Positions 1 to 13,620 of a stretch of 64,000 nucleotides of DNA are shown here, one piece after another. The DNA is from Cycas panzhihuaensis (Eukaryota > Plantae > Cycadophyta). The stretch covers positions 195,369,741 to 195,433,740 of the forward strand of contig CM041465.1 in assembly GCA_023213395.1 (NCBI GenBank). The letters run 5' to 3'. A program made the position numbers and the translations under genes. The notes under the pieces were generated by a model. The model made no database searches and had not been told where the DNA came from. It saw only the letters and a list, made by a program, of their open reading frames with translations. Each line of letters opens with the position of its first letter. Positions within the stretch are counted from its first letter, which is position 1.

Positions 1-59
1 TTTTTTTTTTTATTATAGATTCCATGTTAATCATTTTCTTCTTCCTCTTTTGGCCCATA

Positions 60-1780
60 AATACTTTCGTTAAAACATTTGCCTACATGCTACTAAGGAC
101 TTGAACTTGACTGGCATCACCCTTTTCAAAATCCCATGTTAATGCTTCATTGGCCTAAATTTCCTATGGGCATATCAAATCCTTTATTTGAAAATTTCTA
201 AAATTTACTAAAACATTTAGGGTATGGTTTTTTCTAGCCATATCCATTGTTTCAAAGTGTGTAATGATAAATTCATAGAAATGATAATATGTACTCTTAG
301 TTTGTTTGAGTCCAAGAACAGTACACAGATAATTGATCATCGATTATTTTTAATTTAACCTAGCCATCTACCTTCCATTGCCTAATCTCTACTAGCTTAT
401 TCTAGAATCAGGCCCTTTTTTATTTGGTATATAATCATTCCTAAATAGAGGATAATTATTTGCATCTTTACATAAAACATACTCTACTTGATGGATGCTT
501 AAGAAGATAAGATGCATGGCCTTGGTGGCCAATGATCCATATGGTATATTAGATTTCTGAAAGGAAAATGTTGCCATTTCTTCTATGTTGTTTCCCTTTT
601 ATCCATCTCTAAGCACCATTATTTATTCTCTTAAGCTAGCCTAATGCCCTTTTTATCATTAAAAAAAAATATCAACCATATAACAAAAAATAGATTAGTT
701 CACTTTCCATACCTTTGGATAGCAAATTCTATAAGCATGTTTGCCTCCTGACTCTTGAAGTTTAGTGGAAAGGTTTGGCCAAGACAAATAAAACCTTATA
801 TTATAAAATTTAGATATGAAGTCATATAAAAACTCTCTTTTTCATTATGACTAGTTAATAAGTGATAGTTTCACTTACAACTAAAGTCTAGTCAAACATC
901 TTACCTTAATGCAAAATTAGGTAGATAAGGTAATCACTTATTTTATCTATTGCACATATATCTTCTTTTCTATAAATTTTAGATAATAATATTGGCCATC
1001 TTTGAATCCTTTTATTTGAATTATTATTTGCAACTACTCTCTTGGCATCTTTCTTAAGAGGTTCTAGCATCCATCTAGAAATAATTCTAGCTAGGTTTTA
1101 TCCTTTTTGCATCCTTCTTCTGAGAAAGTCTTATTAAAATCTATGCATGTCAGGAGTGTATTAAAGAGTCTTTGGAAATTACATATAGATAAATCGCAAA
1201 CTAGCTATGCATTAGGTGCTCATACCATTTGTTTCTTAGCATAAAAATTATCCATGTATAGTAATATAATTTTCAAGCATGGTAGCACAAACTAATTTCA
1301 TTTATCCTCTCAAAATTATAAAATTTCTCCTACTTGAACCCTAGGGTATATTGAGTATCAATGATATCTTGCAACTTTTTAAAATGCCATTAATATTTCT
1401 AGAGTTTAAAATAAGAAAATTAATCAATTAAAGAAATTTATACGAGTACTTATGAAATTAGTTTACAATCTTTTAATGCATGTCACATTCGATAGTTGAT
1501 AATTGAAATTCCTCTCCTTTGTAAATTTTTACTTGAATAATTTTTTAAAATGTAGCATAAAATCACAATTTTAACATAGACCTTTATTTGTATGCATTAC
1601 ATCATTCTTTGGTCATCCATCATAAATACCCATCCTATCATATATCTTTCTATAATAACCCAACATCCCAAATGGTATAGAATGATAAATGAAAATTTTA
1701 TCATTTTCTTTATGATACTAGTGATCCTACTTTTTGAAGATTGTTTAAGATCTATCACTAAAAGAAAATTATAATAATAC
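60..1780 (-). pseudogene. Degenerate ORF remnant, probably the accessory (non gag-pol) ORF of an LTR retrotransposon
   Basis: Minus-strand manual translation gives long stop-interrupted runs, e.g. FVLPCLKIILLYMDNFYAKKQMV*APNA*LVCDLSICNFQRLFNTLL (~1130-1290) and LARIISRWMLEPLKKDAK. This resembles accessory ORFs of gymnosperm gypsy elements from memory; not confirmed. Confidence 0.35.
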
Positions 1781-2276
1781 TATGCAATGAACCATAGGTC
1801 TAGTGAGTTATACAATATGTTGATAGTCTAAGGATCTAGGAATATAAAACATACTATGTGGTACTAGTAAACATATTTTGCATTTTATAATGGAATTTTA
1901 TACACATAACCCAAACATAAATTTCTACATATATAAGATAAGTTTGATACTCATTTTATAACTTATGTTAAATATGTGCATAAGATTAAAATAGAGTATA
2001 CTTATCTTCAAGTGGAAAAAATCAATTGCTTAAAGGTATTCACCCCCAACCATTCAAAAACTCCATATAAAAACCTACCATCAAGTTAAAGCATGTGATT
2101 AGAATAATAAAATCCCCTTACTAAGAAATTATTTTGGCAACCATATTAGAGAACTACTTATTCTCTCATTGTGTCCTTTTCCCTTATTTTACCATTTGAA
2201 ATATATTATTTTAAAATTTAAAAAATAAAATATAAGACCTTCTCATACACAGAATGCCAAAAATTACACATGAAAT

Positions 2277-4545
2277 TATAAGAACTTAGAATTCCACTCT
2301 AATACCATATTAGAATGTACACATAATTAGAGTGGAAGTATATCAATAATGTATAATGAATTAGTTATATCATAAGAAATATACACAAATCATATATGTA
2401 AGATCAACATATTAAGTAATAATATGAACTATAAAGTAATAAATATCATAAAACATTACTAAAAAAGAGATAACAAATTTATGTGTAGAAAACCCTGTAT
2501 GGAAAATACCATGGGAGAAGGTTAGGGTTGAAAGCTCATCGTTATGATATCAAATGAATTATATCTCCAAGTCAATCTTTTTTTTTCAATAATTTCTCAA
2601 GTGGTGTGCATACATATTTATAAATATGTCACCTTATAAATAGATTATAATATCTCTTAATCATTTTCATCATCCACTAGGATGTTTACATAAATAATCA
2701 TGCATATCATATTTATTAATGCTTTTATGAATGAGATTTTATGTGGGTCCATTATATCATGTTAAACATTATATATGTGAAAGTATCACATATTCCAACA
2801 CTCCCCTTTACTATTAAATACTTTCAATTTATAATCTTCAAGTCTTCAACCTTGGTCTTTATATCTTTTACTTTTCTCATATGTTGGTACCCATAAACTT
2901 GTAACATACCTATATCAATTTGAATTAAATTGTATCACCTATAACTTATAAATCTGACAATTGCATGCTTATTTCCTATAAGTAATTAATATGTAACCAT
3001 GTATAGTTAATTGTGATCATCAATGGGATTACCTCAATAACTAAATTTGGTATGCCAAGTAATTAACATTTATGAGACTTCTTCTCTATATCTAAAAAAT
3101 AACTGAAAAATAATATTATCTCATTATCTCTCTAATATGAATTATAAATAAATTGGTCCCTTTATTAAATATCAAGTGGTGTTATTAATAATTCATTTAT
3201 TTATTAATAAACTAAGTGAATATATCATTTGACTAGTGTTATATATCTACTAAACCAAATGTGATAAATACCAAGGAGGATTTTCATATGTCTAATAAAA
3301 CTAAGATTCTCACAATTATTTTCACTTCAAATATTTCCACATCTTCAAATTTTCATTAATTTATAGCCTTAAAATATCATTAATAACCTCTATATATTCA
3401 CTTATAAATAAAATTTGCTACTTCTTTAATCAATTATCATTAATTTGTATCATCATGTGATTAGAAGCCTTTAAAAATATAAAAATAAATCTTCATAACA
3501 ATCTACTGATCTTACTTTTACTAATTATAATTTGATGAGATGGTTAGTCCTACTAAGTCTCATTCACTTTTGTAGGGGGTTAGCCTATATTGATGAATGT
3601 TCCCCTCATTATTTATATTTAACAGACTCATCTCAAACCTATATGCTTTATAGAATGTTGATACCAACATGCTTAAAATAAATATATATATTAATTAAAT
3701 AGTATACCATTAATTTTGTTGTATTTATTATGTAACTTCATCTCCTATATGAAAATTTATCATTTTCATCCTATCCCAAGATCTTAGTCATATGTTACTA
3801 GTATAATCAACTTTTGGCACTTTAAAACACATCTTAAATCAGTTATTATATTAGCTCATATTGACCCTTATATTAGCTCAATTGTTGGCTTTGTATAGGC
3901 TTCAAATTACTTCACAAGATCTTTCATTACATGGTTCTAATAAACTATTCATAAAGTATTACCATGGCTTTGATACCATGTAAGAATCAAGAATTTTGCT
4001 TTGATATCATATTGGAATGTACTTGTAATCATAACAAAAGTATATTAATCATGTATAATAAATTAATCATATCATGAGGAATGTACACAAATCATGTATG
4101 TAAGATCAACATATTAAGTATATTATATGAATCATAAATCAAGTATATTACATGAATCATAAAGTAAAAATATTATAAAGAATCATAAAGTATTACCATA
4201 AGAGAGACAACAGATTTATATATAGAAAACCCAATGTAGGAAAAACCACAATAAAAGTTTGGAGTTGAGAGCTTCTGTATATGATCTTCAAATAATTACA
4301 TTTCTAAGTTAATCTTCCTTTCTCAATGCTTTCTTAAGTTTTTAAGTGGTATGCCTATATATTTATAGATATGTCACCTCATGAATAACCTATAATATCT
4401 CTTCAACCTTTTCATCATCTAGTAGGATGTTTGTATGAATAATAGTGCATATCACATCTATCAATGTTTTTATAAGTGGTATTTTTTATGGGTCCATTAT
4501 GTCATATTAAACATTAGATATATGAAAATATCATATATTATAATA
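2277..4545 (-). mobile_element. Small non-autonomous LTR retrotransposon (TRIM/TR-GAG-like), copia-type LTRs
   Basis: LTRs 2277-2800 and 3979-4545. tRNA-Met PBS (gctttgatacca on +) at 3967-3978; PPT (ctccccttt on +) at 2801-2809. TSD gaaat/aaaac, consistent with a decayed gaaac. Internal ~1.2 kb has no pol and only faint gag-like traces. Confidence 0.85.
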
Positions 4546-5319
4546 AAAACCCCATATAAAACATTAGTTTTAATTAGTTCATTTAAACCCTTAGTGAGCC
4601 ATACTTGTCTCTCCTAAGCTCTCACACTCTCATCTAATTAAATAATGTTTAAACCTATATTTTTTAAAATTTTATTTATGTTCAATGACCAAGATGTCTC
4701 TAATTTCTTGAGCCTCAAATAGAGCAAACACAAATAGAGGATGGGGACGGTTAAAGACAGATGCTAGGGTTTGGTCCAAAGCAGTGGATGGAGGAGTATT
4801 ATCTCATGGATGATGGAAGGAATCCAAGCAGTGAGAAGGTTGTGGTAATCATAGGTATATCAATAGGTATCGTCCCTTGATTCAGACAAGGCTCAGGGAT
4901 CTAGCCAAAAAGATTAGAGTAGGCGAGAGAATCTTAGTATATTATTATGCAGTTTCAACCCTATAGGGAGATAAAGAGGCATGCAACATTGAGGTAAACT
5001 CTTGAGATGTGAAGACCCATATAAAAGGAAAGTTTACAAATCTCATGTTTCTAGGTGAGAAGCTTTGTTCCATTGGTAGTTGTTTGTTAGTCTTTCTTTG
5101 TTCTAATTGGTAAAGCAAATTTCTCATTTATTTTAAGTAGTAGTGCTACTGGATATAGTAGAAACAAACTCCTTAAATCTAACTCAAAACCTCTCTTCAA
5201 GGAAAACATACCTAGAAGTTTTAAAAAATAGAGAAATAAAATCACTTGAGATAAACCCAGTCATTCAAGACAAGATAATAAAAATCCCTATTCCTAAGAA
5301 ATTAACCAAGTGAAATGAA

Positions 5320-5880
5320 AAGTATTGGGAACATAGCTTGGTTGGAATATTTTCAAGACTAAGATCGAGTCTGGATATCATAAGAAAATGGATTGTAAAT
5401 GGATGGAGGATAAGGAACCTTGCAGAGGTAATGGCACTTCCACATGGGTGTGTCCTTTTTAAATTCTCAAATTAGGATGATATGGTTAATATCCTCCTAA
5501 GATCTCCATGGATTTTAGGGAGGAAAGCATTGTTTCTGGAGAAATGGCAACTAGACTTTGATACTATAGTCTCAATAATCAAACAGTTTCCAGTTTGGGT
5601 ATAGATGATGGGGCTCCATGTCCAAGTCTGGGATTTGGAGGTGATCAAGGGGATGGCAAAAGCCATTGGCCCCCTACTTGCTATAGATTTAGATATAAAG
5701 AATCAAAGTAGATTAATAAATACTAAATTATATATACTGATAAGGCTTGATAAATCCCTCTAAGAGCGAGTGAGAATAGAAGCTGAGGGTTAGAGTAAGG
5801 ATTAAAATTTAGTTTATGAATTGGAAAATATCAGGCATATATAATGCTAATAACTAAGTCACATTCCTTAGAATTTCCCT
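5320..5880 (+). pseudogene. L1 ORF1 DUF4283 and decayed zinc-knuckle region
   Basis: YWEHSLVGIFSRLRSSLDIIRKWI...PHGCVLFKF...PWILGRKALFLEKWQ...AIGPLLAID, with in-frame stops. Confidence 0.85.
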
Positions 5881-6436
5881 AGGGAATTGAAGAAGGAAGT
5901 AGGAGGGGAGTATAAGGTAGAGAAGAATCAAGTCTTATCGAAACAAAACCTTATCCTTCAGGAGGAAGAACAGGGGCCTAGTGTAGAGGTGGCTAAGGGA
6001 ATTAATTTGGATGTTGAGGATACTTTATTTAAGTCTAGAGAGGATTAGAGCTAGGAAGTAAAAGTGGGTGATCGTTACCAAGAGCCCCCTCAAGAGAAGT
6101 AGGAGGGAGGAGAAAGTTCTAAAGTTTATAAGGACCCAGAATGGTCTCCCCCAATAATAATGCATAAGACCCTAGATGGTTAGGATCCCTAGGCGTGGGT
6201 GGAAAGGATGAGAAGAGATAGGGATAAAGACCTACAGGAGGAGTAGAGGGGTATAAGCTTGCATAGGGGCCAAGATTTGGGGGGTGAGAGGAGGGTAGGG
6301 AGGCCTACTCTAAAGATGGTTAGGGAAAGGGAGACAATGTCCTAAATAGAGCAAGGGAGATAGAGAACCCTAAGGGAGGGGTTGAGGGGGGGGGGGGGGG
6401 GGGGGGCGTAGAAAGCCCAAGGTGAAGAAGCAAGAG

Positions 6437-9400
6437 ATGAAGATTACCTCTTAGAATATAAGGGTATTAAATCCCCCCTCAAAATAAAGAATAATTAAAG
6501 ATTTATGACCGAGATGGATATTATCCTACTCCAGGAAACCAAGATGAAGATGAATAATAAGATAGCAGCTAAAAACAAGATTTAGAGAATAATAAGGATG
6601 GAACTAAAGGACACCTACTAAGGATCAGGAGGGTTGGTTATCCTCTAGAATCCGAAGTACTGTTAGGGAGAGGTTTACTCTATCACACCTATTAGGGATC
6701 GAGAGGGTTGGTTATCCTCTAGAATCTGAAGTACTGTTATGGAGAGGTTTACTCTATGGATGATCATTTTATTTCCATCAGGTTCACTTGCAAAGGAACA
6801 AACTATTGATGGTTGGCTGCCAATGTTTATGCTTCCACTACTATGGAGGGCAGAAAATCTTTGGGTTAAGATTTTGGAGCACCATAAGAACTGGTAGGGT
6901 CTGTGGTTAGTGGTTGGTGATTTTAACACTGCCCCATCTCCTAGAAAGAAAAATAGGGAACATAAGGGATGGACAATGAGCATGACATACCTTGAAGATT
7001 TTATCCAAAAAAGGAGCCAAATAGATGTAGATCTAAGGGGGACAAAATTCACATGGTCAAATTGGAGGATGGGGGAACACCATATTCAGGTGAGGCTAGA
7101 TAAATTTATGATACATTATGCATGGGCTAGCCATCATAATAACTTTAGGCTAGAGGCTCTACCTAAAGTGGCATTAGACCATTCCCCACTATTGTTTGAC
7201 TTTGACTTCTCTAAGAAATATAGAAGTGATTCCTTTCAGTTCGAGCTCCCTATGGACTAAACATCTTAATCTTAGGAACTTGATAACTAAATGGCGATAG
7301 ATCTTGATTAAGGGAAGCATGATGTTTAGATTCTCAAGAAAGTTAGGTTGGGTGAAGAGAAAGTTAAAAGAATGGAACACAAGGTTTCATGGTAATATTT
7401 TCAATATAAGAACCAGAGAACAGAGGTTTTAAAAGCAGCTGAGGAGTGAATCCAGAAGGAGGGTAGATCATAGACATTAGATCAAACAGAGAGAAATATT
7501 CTTAGATAATATGAGGAGACCTTGATTAAGCAAGAAATATTTTGGAAGCAGAAATCAAGGGCCCTTTGGCTAATGGAGGAGGAGAGGAACACCAAATTTT
7601 TTTATATGATTACTTTAAAGCATAGGGCTTATAATTAGATAAGTAAGGCATGTAACGTTGAAGGGATAGAAACCAATGAGGGGGAAGAGTTCAAGAAAGT
7701 AGTGATAGAGTACTTTTAAGATCTATTGGAGGAGCCAGGTTGTTAAGATCTATTGGTTAGGAGGGAGTTTATGGAGAAGATTCCTAAATTGGTGACTGAT
7801 GAGTAGAATAAGGATCTTACGCCCCCCTTTTCATTAGAAGAGGTAAAAGGCATTGTCTTTGGTATGAAGATGGACAAAGTGCCTAGGCTGGATGGTTTTC
7901 TTCTAGGCTTCTTCTAAATATATTGGGATATTATAAAGGAGAATCTTATGAAGTCTTTGAGCAAATTCTATGAGAACAAGAAAATATTGGGGGAGTTGCA
8001 AGCTACTTTCTTAGTGTTGATCCTAAAGAAGGAAGGTGTAAAGAAGATAGAGGAATATAGACCTATACGCCTATGTAATGTGATATATAAAATTCTAGCA
8101 AAAGTAATGGCTAATAAATTGAAGAAGATTCTCCCCTCTATTATATCTCCTAATCAAGATGGGTTTATGAAAGGGAGTCAGATGTTAGATGGGATCATAG
8201 TTATCCATGAAATAATCCACTTAGCCCATCAAAGGAAGGAGTAGGGGATGATTGTGAAGATTGATTTATCCAAATCTTATGATAGGGTATCATGGGACTA
8301 CTTATCAGAGTGTCTCTAAGCATTTGGTTTTGGAGACAAGTGGAGGGAATGGATAGTCAATTACATATCTAAGACCTAATACTTGATTCTAATAAATGGC
8401 ATATCAATAGGAATTTTCCCTAAGTATAAGGGATTTTGACAATGAGATCCCCTTTCTCCTTACTTATTCATCATTACGGATGAGTTATGACGTAAAGCAA
8501 CAAAGGAGGCTAGAAGATAGGAAGTTATTAAGGGGATTAAGCCTACTTCTAGAGTTACAAATATACTCCATCATCAATTTGTTAATGATAATATTTTACT
8601 AGGGAAGGAACCCCTAGATGAGGCTTGGGTGATCAAAAGAGGTTTTGAATAATTTGAAAGAGCTATGAACTAAAAGGTCAATCTAAATAAGAGTAGTGTT
8701 TTCTTTATATAAACACCAAGGAGAAGAGTCAAAAGAAGATTAGTGGGATCCTATAAATGCCTATAAGGAAGTTGCCCATTGTCTATTTAGGGATGCCTCT
8801 ATTTGTAGGAAAGATGATAAAAGAGTTTTGGACTCTTATTACAAATCATATCTAGAGGAAGTTGATTGGTTGGAAGGGATCTCTACTAAGCCAAATGGGT
8901 AAATTCTAATTATTATCAGCCTTACTCCAGAGTCTCCCTATTTATATGATGTCGATCTTTAGGATCTTGCCTAAAGTTATATCAACACTAGAATCTATAC
9001 AAAAGAGATTCATGTGGTTGAGAGTTGAGGACAAGGATAGGATCCATCTAGTGGTGTGGGAGAAAGTTTGTCATCCTAAATGAGTGGGTGGTTTGAATAT
9101 AAGGAGAATGATAATATTTAATAGAGCTTTAGTGGTGAAACTTAGGTGGCATCTGGCCAAGGAAGAAGGAGTGCTTTGAGAAAGGATTTTATCTTAGAAA
9201 TATCCTTATGATCAACAATTCATGATGGAGGCCCTTACAGTATCTTCAAGCTCTCCAATATGGAGAAGTATTTTATAATCTAGACAGATGAAACCCTCAG
9301 GAATGTAGTTGAAGTTATGGGATGAAGCAATTATAAACTTTTGGGAAGATGTATAGTGTGGGAAAACTCAATTGAAAAGGAGGCTTGAGATGGACCCTTT

Positions 9401-10700
9401 GAAGGAGGCATGTGAAAGAGCTTACAGTATCAAGGTAAAAGATTATTGGGTGGGTCAAGGATGGTCTAAGAGATGGAGAATATTTGAGGAATTGGAGAGG
9501 AACTTGAGTTTGAGAGAGCCGATAGAAGCTCTTAGAAAAGACTTATCATAGTGTCATATAACCAAAATAGAAGAGTTAGACTCAATAGTTTAGCCCCTTT
9601 CTCCTTATAGGGATTATACTATGAAGCATGGGTACTTCTTTTTATGTCTAGAAGAAGGGGCTCTTCATATACCTTTGTTAGATAGAGTATGGAAATTGGG
9701 CCTAATTCCTAAAGTGGCAGTCTTTTGGTGGTTGTGTTTAAAGAATAAGATCTTAACCATTGATAATTTGTGGAGGAGGGATTTTGTGCTAATAAATAGG
9801 TGTATTTTATGTTGTGAGGTAGGGGAGTCAATGGATCACATCCTACTACATTGCTCTTATTCCAAGAATATATGGAAGGTTATCTGGATAAAGTTTTGTA
9901 TGAAGTGGGTATTCACTAGAACTCTTAAGGACCAAGTCATGGCTTGGGTTAGTCCTTTTAAAAGTAGGAACCTAGCATATATCTGGTAAACTACTATGCT
10001 AGTGATGATTTGGAATCTATGGAAGGAGAGGAATATACGCGTATTCCAGGAGAAGTAGATGGATGAAGTCAGGCTCTTTGGCTCCATATATAATACAAAT
10101 CTAGAATTAGTTAACATACATGTTAAAGAAAAGAATTATATCCTGGAATTAAAAGAGATTATATTGAATATTTGGGGGGCTAGGAGGCTGCAAGCTAGTA
10201 GGGATAATAGGAAAAGATATTATACCTAGGTATCCCCCCTATTAATTAAGTAAAATTAAACTTCGATGGGGTGGCTAAAGGTAACCCGTGCAAGGCTATG
10301 GGAGGGGGAATCTATAGAAATTTGGAGGGGGGAATTATTTGGGCTTTTGTGTAGTATTATGGTAGTCAGTTAAATCACAGGACAAAGATGTTGACAATGT
10401 GGAGAGCAGTGGGAATGGCCTTAGAGGAAGGCCATGCTAGGGCCATTATAGAGGGGGATTCTCTGGATGTAATAAATATGCTTAGAGGTAAGGTTATGCC
10501 CAATTGGAAATCTATAGCTATGATCAAAGATGCCCAATGCATCCTAAGGAGCAAAGAGGATGTAAAGGTTCTCCATATATTTATAGAAGGGAATGGGGTT
10601 GCAGACAAATTAGCTAACTAAGGAGTACTACATCAAAGGGTTTGTGTATAGAAAGAGGACCTCCCTGAGGACATTTTGAGTTAGGTTAAGGAAGATCTAA
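6437..10700 (+). pseudogene. L1 ORF2 (APE endonuclease - RT - zf-RVT - RNase H), many stops and frameshifts
   Basis: ORF-track fragments 6910-7260, 7948-8244, 9621-9989 and 10388-10621 fall in canonical L1 domain order. Confidence 0.92.
6611..6757 (+). repeat. 74-bp tandem duplication inside the L1 endonuclease
   Basis: acacctactaaggatcaggagggttggttatcctctagaatccgaagtactgtt...actctat starts at 6611 and recurs at 6685. Confidence 0.9.
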
Positions 10701-12452
10701 AAACCATATCCTATAGGGATGATCAAAGCTAGTCATTGGGCTTGTCGTGGTAAGGGTAGGATAGATGGGTCACATTGAAAGGTAGGGGGTAGTTAAGCCA
10801 TGGGCTTATCATGGCAGATCTAAAAGCCAAATGGAAGATTCTGTGACAAGGTTGGGGCCCTTTTTAAACCCCTTCATTTATACCTAATAAAAAAAAAATC
10901 ATTGATTTTTACATTTTTGAGGGTTGCTTTAATGTTGTATTCCTAGATCTATATCAAATTTAAATTAATCTAGTCATCCTACCATTATTCTGATGCTCAT
11001 CCCATTCAACTAGTGCTCATCCTATTCAACCAGTGCTCATTTAAAGTTCAAATGTCATTTTTTCCTTTTTATTCTAATCACTAAATATTTATTTCTCATA
11101 TGTTATGTGAGTTTCCAACTATTACAACCTTATATTTGGCCTTAAATTTGAGATTGTAACCCTCTGATCTACTACTTATCACCTATATTCTTATTGAGCT
11201 CATTAATTACACTTATTCAACCTTCCACAACTAAAACCAAATTAAATATTGTTGGTTTTCATGTTTCCTATAATTTTGGCCCATAGATCCATCAACTATG
11301 AGTCTTCCACTATTGATCCACTAAGATCTTAGCAAAAAATAATTTTAAATTGATCAAACATTTCTTAAAATCTTGTCCATGCTCACCATTTTAATTTATG
11401 TACTTTCCACAAGAATAATTGCAATAAATCTAATTTGATTTCACATCTTTTTTTGGTGTGATCTTTATAGGCCTAGGACCCAACCATTATTCTACATTGC
11501 TCACCCACTTTAAAATTGGCTTGAAATCACCCCTAAATTTGCTAGTCAAGCTTACACAAGTTGTAATTGATGAAACATTAAAGCATGATAATTTTTCATA
11601 AAAAATAAAAGATTCTACAAAGGTTTGATCATATTAAACACAATTGCATAAAATTTTGCATCTTCCCAACCCCCAATCACTTTGTCACAGGTTATATACA
11701 TAGCTCATACAACTGTGGCCTAATCCCAAAAAAGTGACAAACACATTCTATCACTCTCAAATTTGATTTTTCGATGATACATTCTCACTATTTCATACAT
11801 AACTCTTGCATAGAATGTTAGAATTCAATTATGTCTAAACCATTAAAAACTTGACTTGCTCACCTTTGAAACAAATGGCTACTTACATCTCTTTAACATT
11901 CAAAAACTTAGTTAATCCTATGATAAAAAACATAATCAATTCTATAGAGGTCCCTATCATTATAAATCATAATTGCCATAACAATGTACATGTGGTCCAA
12001 GAGTTGTCTCAACTCATTGATTGACTCAAGCAAAGTAAACTTTAATTCATGTAGGATTTTGTTCTTCCTTTCAGACTACCCTATCATATAATGTTGCCTC
12101 ACGAAATCCCATGGGGGAATCTAATACTTAACCCCTTTCTTATAAGAATGTTGATCAACAACCATATTAAATTCATCAACTACAACATTAAGCTATTCTT
12201 ACTCCCACATGTATATTCAATTGATATTCAAACCTTCTTATATAAGGTGTTCTACTTGATTGGCCCAATGTGAGTGTTTTGTAATCTATTCATGCTTGCC
12301 AACTACCTCCACCACAATACTAGATTGATCTTGGTCAATATTTGGAACCTTTTATGCAAGGTATGCCATAATTTAAAATGTTTCCATATGGAGGAAATCT
12401 TTCATTTCCAACCATTAGAATGTTGTAATTAATGTATACTATGGATCACTTT

Positions 12453-12560
12453 CTAATGAGTATAAACTATAGATTACTCTATAATGAGTGCAAACTACAA
12501 GTAACTCTATAATGAGTATAAACTATTATTAACTTTGTAATAAGGATAAACCACTGCTCT
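12453..12560. repeat. ~28-bp degenerate tandem repeat (3-4 copies), probably LTR-derived
   Basis: ctataatgagt(a/g)(t/c)aaacta...aact units. Confidence 0.7.
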
Positions 12561-12989
12561 AAAAGATTTAAATTGTTAATGAGCTTAAACTATGGGAAGT
12601 TGCATACACATATACTCTACCATGAGAATAAGTTGGGAATGCACATATGCTCGACTATAAATATAAATTGGGCACATATACATAATTCATTACAAGTATA
12701 AACTATATGCATATACTCCTACTTTTATTATGCATGGATTTTATACTCTTCACTATCACTGTATTTATTAATGTGACTTATCATGATCCATGTAATGTAA
12801 GATTACTTGATCTACTCAGTCACACCTTAGTATCTTTTTATATGCATGCCCTTATATTAATACCCTTGACTAAATTTGGGACTCATCATCTGCTTGATAC
12901 ACCTTAATTTTCACATGGTTGGCTTAATAAGGTAGTTATTTGGGGTATTGCTTAGTTTATATTTTGTTAAATATGTATATAACTAACCT

Positions 12990-13620
12990 ATGTTAAAGGG
13001 AACACATCCTTGAATGGATTAATTTCTCTTCATTTGTTGTCAATAATAACATTCTAAGATGAATCGTCATAACAAAACCTCGAAGAGTTAGTGGAGAGGA
13101 CTCCCCACCAACTAGACTATTACTTCCCTCATGGTTGAATGGGCTAGCACCGCTTAGCACTACTTTCACCAACATTTAGGTGCCCCAAGGCCCCCAACTA
13201 CGATGGCATTCATGCACATCAATGACATTCATGTGTATCACTTGTTGCCTCTATAAGTAGCATTTTCCCTAACAAGATTTACTCGAGTCTTGGCTTTGAT
13301 ACTGTTGGAAGTGATTCTAAATTAGATCTACTTCCTAAAATATAAAAGATAATAAAAATAAAAGTTGAATAGAAGCTCTTGAGAGCCAAATGGTCAAAGG
13401 ACACTAAATGAATTAACTCATAAAAGATGATTTATAAATGAATGATAATCCTCTATTTATAAATGTCAAAATTAATTTAGTTTAAAAAATTAACTTCCTA
13501 ATAATAATAAAATTGACTTCTAATAATAATAATTATAATAATAATAAGATACCTACTCCTTAATAATAATAAAATTGATTTTTAATATTTAAATTTAATA
13601 ATTTACCATATTAATACCCA
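12990..13620 (-). mobile_element. Truncated LTR-PBS fragment
   Basis: PBS gctttgatac 13293-13302 abuts tgttgg at 13303; LTR-like AT-rich segment with ctatttataa (TATA on minus). No partner LTR found. Confidence 0.55.

Larger units (their letters stand above)
4720..10898 (+). mobile_element. Near full-length plant L1 LINE (ORF1 + ORF2 with RNase H), degenerate
   Basis: ORF1 DUF4283-like segment (SPWILGRKALFLEKW...PVWV) ~5320-5760. ORF2 from 6437 (MKITS*NI; GDFN; LDHSPL), RT (YRPIRLCNVIYKILAKVMANKLK), zf-RVT (9621-9989), RNase H (NFDG, IIEGDS, EGNGVADKLAN). Ends aataa+A-tail at 10886-10898. 5' end approximate; no TSD found. Confidence 0.92.

Noticed and set aside
2277-2800. Tandem TRIM array with a shared LTR (PBS on one side, PPT on the other)
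   Set aside because: The extra PBS lies inside both LTRs, and the TSD bounds a single element.
12453-12560. Repeat array resembling CRISPR
   Set aside because: Contiguous degenerate tandem units with no unique spacers and no cas genes, in a eukaryotic context.
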